Below are positions 59,935 to 64,000 of a stretch of 64,000 bases of DNA, in pieces. The position numbers and the translations under genes are program-made. Under the pieces are notes generated by a model. It saw only the letters and a list, made by a program, of their open reading frames with translations, had not been told where the DNA came from and made no database searches. Positions within the stretch are counted from its first letter, which is position 1. Each line of letters opens with the position of its first letter. Location of the stretch: sequence record DRR723986_19395, one strand, 5' to 3'.

Positions 59935-60999
59935 TTATTCTCCACCTAGCTTGTAGCGAGTCAAGTTGGGCTTCCCGTCGTCATGATAGGATATTAGAAA
60001 TTCATCATTTGGAGAAACTGCGATCTGATTTACTTCCTGATCAAGTAGAAATTTTTTAATTGGATTCCCATCCCAATCATAAACCCAGATTTCATCTGCA
60101 TAATTTTCATTTCCTTGAACTCGAGTTTTTCCAGAGTACAAAAGATATATGAAATCATCGGTCGTACTGCTACTGATGAAGCCATAGATATTTTCATCGG
60201 TCATTACTGCGCTCATGCCACTTGGGCTATCAGAACCTTTGAAGTCAGGAGCTTCCCCTTCCATTCGGAATTTTAAAGTGATGTTGTTATTCTCTATTTC
60301 CAGAATGTCAAAAAATGGATTTGAACTATGTGTAAATAATATGCTCTTCCCACCAGGCTTGATCCTAAATTTTCCTTGCTGGGACATTGGGATTGAATTC
60401 GGTACAGATTTCATCTCTGCAGACAAGTAAGGATAATCAATAGCTAGTTCTTCATAACTCTGTTCACCTATTTTGAAAGAGGCATATTTTTTTTGAAAAA
60501 TACCTGTTCCTATAAATAATGAGTCAGCTACCTTGACATAATTCATGAAATCGAATGCGATCTTTTCTATCCCATTATTGCAATTCGATTCCTCGGATTT
60601 ATCAAATGACACCAACGACATCTCTTGATATCCGAAATTTGATTTGAGTACAAGTCCAATGTCCTCAAAATTATTGGGCACTGCTTGTAAGTAAGTTGGA
60701 AACCCTATTTCACAGGGTCCTTCTCCTATTTTTCCGAGATCTCCTTCGAATTTTTCTTCCAAGATATTGAAGACCTTAAAGTAATATTCATCATCCTTAT
60801 CAGCTATGACCATTTTGTCATTGATAATGATCATGTCCGACGATCTATTTATTTCATCAGATAGTGATAGGCGCTCTCCATTGTTTAGCGAAATGCTTTT
60901 GTCAAAACCTAAATCTGATTGCTCTTCAACTGACTTTTGAGAACAAGAGAAAAAGAACAAGTGAAATACTGAAAAAACTATTATGCCTCTTTTGTACAT
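59935..60999 (-). CDS. BF3164-family / TolB-like six-bladed beta-propeller lipoprotein
   Basis: Lipobox FFSC; GKIGEGPCE, IYLLYSGK and IWVYDWDGNPIKKF.LD motifs. Confidence 0.8.
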   Translation of the reverse strand: MYKRGIIVFSVFHLFFFSCSQKSVEEQSDLGFDKSISLNNGERLSLSDEINRSSDMIIINDKMVIADKDDEYYFKVFNILEEKFEGDLGKIGEGPCEIGFPTYLQAVPNNFEDIGLVLKSNFGYQEMSLVSFDKSEESNCNNGIEKIAFDFMNYVKVADSLFIGTGIFQKKYASFKIGEQSYEELAIDYPYLSAEMKSVPNSIPMSQQGKFRIKPGGKSILFTHSSNPFFDILEIENNNITLKFRMEGEAPDFKGSDSPSGMSAVMTDENIYGFISSSTTDDFIYLLYSGKTRVQGNENYADEIWVYDWDGNPIKKFLLDQEVNQIAVSPNDEFLISYHDDGKPNLTRYKLGGE

Positions 61000-61103
61000 A
61001 TTGAGATGGTAAGTGATCAGTGTGGGTGTTTAGTTTCAATATATGGGAAAATTCGGAATTGGACTCCGGACTTTTCCACATTACTTCAGAATATTAAAAG
61101 TCG

Positions 61104-61136
61104 AAACCTTCCAGGTTTCAAAAACCTAAAAGGTTA
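61104..61136. repeat. Degenerate REP-like palindrome
   Basis: aaaccttccaggtttcaaaaacctaaaaggtta shares the aaccyytccaggttt arm with 59894-59931. Confidence 0.55.
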
Positions 61137-61149
61137 TTTACTTATCCGC

Positions 61150-63585
61150 TTACTTTTCAATAATGTAGCTAAATCTTGAAGTTCCAGGTTTACCACCTTT
61201 ACTAATTCCTTCTATCTCTCCATAAATCACATTCTCCACATCAGAATTGTAAAAGGAAACAGAGGATTTTCCATGTGAATCCGTTTGAATATTCGGTGCC
61301 CAAAAAAGTGTTGCACGCCGATCTGGTTTTGAAAGTGAACTGATATCTGCTGGATATTTGGGTGAGTAGAATTCCTTTTCCACCTGATAGCCCTTCATGG
61401 TCAATGCGGCATCCTGTTGGATTGTTTTTTTATCAGTACCAAGGTCTTTCCTAGTGTAAAATCCAATTACTCCATTTGATCCTCTTGCACCGAATATCGC
61501 CGTGTCCGCTCCCTTCCATACTCGGTAGCCTTCGATTTCTTGCACAGGGATAGTGAGCAAGGATTCTAGTCTGACTTGAATGTCATCCACCATGAGCATC
61601 GGTTCCATACTGCTGTTGATGGAATTCACTCCTTGGATGAGAATCTTCGCGCTTTCTCCATATCCCGTTATTTGCACGCCGGCTACTCTACCTCTCAGTA
61701 GGTCTATCGGATTCAGCAGGTTTTCCAGTGCCGGCTTGCCAGCCACTTGCATCTGTACAGTTCCAGCGCCATAAGTACTGGAGATATTGGAGGGTTGATC
61801 TATTCTTTTTGCCCTCACTTCTACTCCCTCAAGGGCAAATTCCGAGTTATCAAAGTCAAATGCTTTATCAATAGCTAGACGCACGGCAGCGTTGGTTAAG
61901 AAATTTTGATCGAGAGCAGAAGGCTGGGTAAAATCAGAATAGAGTTGGTAGAATAGCTGTGGCGAACTATAGGAGCTTTCTGTCAAAATAGTAGCTATTC
62001 TACCATTGCTTGTTTTCCCCTGTAGGATTATTTTCGTAGAGTCAAAGAAGATAAGGTCTTGGATTTCAAACTCACCTTTAGAATTGGTTACTGCAGTTTT
62101 TGACTCTGGGAAGGGGAATAAGGATAGGTAGGATACAGTTCCCGATTCTATAGGCTGATTTTTCTTTTCATCAGTAAGTACTCCTCTGATCGTCAATCCT
62201 TTTTCAACGCCATATTCAGGATCTGTCACCTTTTCGCTCAATGCCTCTTTTATCGTAAATCGCCGCCAGCCTTGCGTCAGCATAAGGATGTCCAGGTCTT
62301 TTGCGCGATCCTGATTGCTGGGATTGAAATAATAACCCGGCGATTCGATATGTCCTTTCAGTTCTGAGGAAAGTAAAAGGTTCGATTGTATCGTTTCTTT
62401 GTTTTCAGACAAAGCTACCTGACTTCCGTCAACTACGCTTAAAGACATATTAGCAGCGACTGGATTTCCTTCTTTATCCTTTGCTTCAATGTCAATTTGA
62501 ACTCGTTCTCTAGGCTTATAAACCGATTTGTCCATGGATGCTGTGATGGTCATCTGATCTTGATGATCGATGAAAACTAGCCGCTCTGCCAAGGGATTTC
62601 CGGCCTCATCTAAAACAGTGATTTGAGCGATTCCTGAGGGAAATTCTTTCTTTGGGATTCGGGTAAAGCTTACTTTCTTTGATAGATCAGCTTGACTGGA
62701 TGCACAGACTATTCCACGTGTTTGCGCCAAAAGATAGACAGTTTGAAGGGTGGAATTCTCTGAAGCTTGAACCTTCACGAGGAGATCTGCTGTAGTAGGC
62801 GAATTCGTCACAGAGAGAATTATTCCTGAATCAAGGGCTTTTGGTAGCGTTACTATTTCTTGGCTATTCTCGATCGTTGCCGTGTATTTCTTCCCTTCTT
62901 TGGGCATCAAGGCAAAAACGCCCATCCCAAATTGATTGCTTTCAAATGTGGCAACTTCCTTTTCGCCTTCATAGACTTTTCCGCTCACCACTTTACCCAA
63001 GCCATCCATTCCGATAGCTTTGAAGCCTACTTTACTCATGATCCCATTGATTAAATTACCTCCTTCGGGAAAGAACTGAAGAGCTATAGTTTCATCACTT
63101 AGGGCGTTATTGATGGGGTCTTGGGTATTCCATATTTTTATCTGCTTATGAAAAAAATAGGCTTCATCGGCATTCCGCATCCAATTGGTATAGGAGCGAA
63201 CTAGGTAGTTTCCTGAGGGAAGTGATTCATCTAATTCTAGCTGACCTGCCGCAAAACCTTCTCTAGAAAATAGCTGATCCTGCTGTATTACTTCACCGGA
63301 ACTATTGATCAACTCTACATAAATAGTGTTGCTGAATAACGATGGTTCATGGTATGAACCCGCTGTGAGATAGACTTTAAACCAAATTGTCTCACCTGCG
63401 GAATAGTTTGGTCTGTCTAGGTGGAGATAAACCTTTTCTTGAGGAAGCTCGGTGATATACCTTTTGAATCCTGCGATGATCCTCTCTAAGGGATTAGAGA
63501 GTGGAGAAAAGGAGAAGAGTAAAATGGTAAAGATGGTAATAAATACCGTCGAGCTAAACTTATTTATTTTTAGATAAGCCATCAT
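61150..63585 (-). CDS. MG2 (alpha-2-macroglobulin-like) domain protein with a TonB plug domain but no barrel
   Basis: QEKVYLHLDRP.Y.AGETIWFK, FFPEGG.L, LDILMLTQGWRR, plug AIFGARGSNGVI, C-terminal PDRRATLFWAP. Confidence 0.85.
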   Translation of the reverse strand: MMAYLKINKFSSTVFITIFTILLFSFSPLSNPLERIIAGFKRYITELPQEKVYLHLDRPNYSAGETIWFKVYLTAGSYHEPSLFSNTIYVELINSSGEVIQQDQLFSREGFAAGQLELDESLPSGNYLVRSYTNWMRNADEAYFFHKQIKIWNTQDPINNALSDETIALQFFPEGGNLINGIMSKVGFKAIGMDGLGKVVSGKVYEGEKEVATFESNQFGMGVFALMPKEGKKYTATIENSQEIVTLPKALDSGIILSVTNSPTTADLLVKVQASENSTLQTVYLLAQTRGIVCASSQADLSKKVSFTRIPKKEFPSGIAQITVLDEAGNPLAERLVFIDHQDQMTITASMDKSVYKPRERVQIDIEAKDKEGNPVAANMSLSVVDGSQVALSENKETIQSNLLLSSELKGHIESPGYYFNPSNQDRAKDLDILMLTQGWRRFTIKEALSEKVTDPEYGVEKGLTIRGVLTDEKKNQPIESGTVSYLSLFPFPESKTAVTNSKGEFEIQDLIFFDSTKIILQGKTSNGRIATILTESSYSSPQLFYQLYSDFTQPSALDQNFLTNAAVRLAIDKAFDFDNSEFALEGVEVRAKRIDQPSNISSTYGAGTVQMQVAGKPALENLLNPIDLLRGRVAGVQITGYGESAKILIQGVNSINSSMEPMLMVDDIQVRLESLLTIPVQEIEGYRVWKGADTAIFGARGSNGVIGFYTRKDLGTDKKTIQQDAALTMKGYQVEKEFYSPKYPADISSLSKPDRRATLFWAPNIQTDSHGKSSVSFYNSDVENVIYGEIEGISKGGKPGTSRFSYIIEK

Positions 63586-63634
63586 AGGATAGGTGTTTAG
63601 ATGAAAAAGAGATATAATCTATATTGTAAAAATG

Positions 63635-63665
63635 AAAGCACAACCCATAATCAATGAGTTGTGCT
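63635..63665 (-). terminator. Terminator after the small peptide gene
   Basis: On the minus strand: agcacaactcat-tgatt-atgggttgtgct-ttcattttt. Confidence 0.65.
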
Positions 63666-63693
63666 GACTTGCTTCTACAAGACTATTAATTCA

Positions 63694-63894
63694 TCAAGTG
63701 TCACATTCTGTCTCTATTAAAACTACAATTACATTCTGACAAAATGGGTCGCCTGTTGACCAAAATAGCTCTCCACATCCATTGTAATAATCTGTTCTAG
63801 TACAACCATTCATTCCATATCCAGATTGATATGGCAATAAAGTATTGATTAAAATGGCTAAGGTAACGACAAGCACTGTCTTTAATTTTTTCAT
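63694..63894 (-). CDS. Small secreted cysteine-containing peptide (66 aa)
   Basis: MKKLK plus hydrophobic signal-like stretch; Cys at 31, 40, 52 and 64; A-rich initiation region upstream and a hairpin downstream. Confidence 0.65.
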   Translation of the reverse strand: MKKLKTVLVVTLAILINTLLPYQSGYGMNGCTRTDYYNGCGELFWSTGDPFCQNVIVVLIETECDT

Positions 63895-64000
63895 GATTTT
63901 TTTAATTTGGGTTTATTTTTGATGGATTATACGCCATTTTATTTGAAGGGTTTTCCTAATTCTAGGAATTCAAACTATTTTTTAAATCAATCCTATATGT

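Overview
This 64 kb window is chromosomal DNA from a Bacteroidetes bacterium. Gene content, TAnnTTTG -7 promoter boxes and protein style suggest Cytophagales/Cyclobacteriaceae, Algoriphagus-like; this is an inference. It is mostly housekeeping: dusB, cdsA-gdhA-psd, mnmD-ispF-M16 peptidase, bshC, sucA-sucB-lpdA, clpB, hpt-adk-obgE-grpE-dnaJ, dps and prfC, plus peptidases, antiporters, a TonB-dependent receptor, OmpA, an ABC-2 exporter and an orphan histidine kinase. I found no rRNA, tRNA, CRISPR array, transposase or integrase. The most striking non-routine signal is a four-helix-bundle (23S rRNA IVP/Avd-like) gene inserted between sucB and lpdA. It is bracketed by inverted heptamer arrays containing a perfect 17-bp inverted repeat, and a 14-bp hairpin sits just upstream of its start codon. 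An apparently hollowed-out cassette of similar design lies before prfC, and solo heptamer/octamer arrays occur elsewhere, which suggests a family of structured intergenic cassettes. Other notable items are an identically spaced upstream motif shared by clpB and grpE (candidate heat-shock regulon), a small secreted 4-Cys peptide next to MG2/TonB-plug and beta-propeller lipoprotein genes with REP-like hairpins, a frameshifted DsrE-like pseudogene, and a strong palindrome before pirin. All calls come from reading the sequence; no database searches were run.
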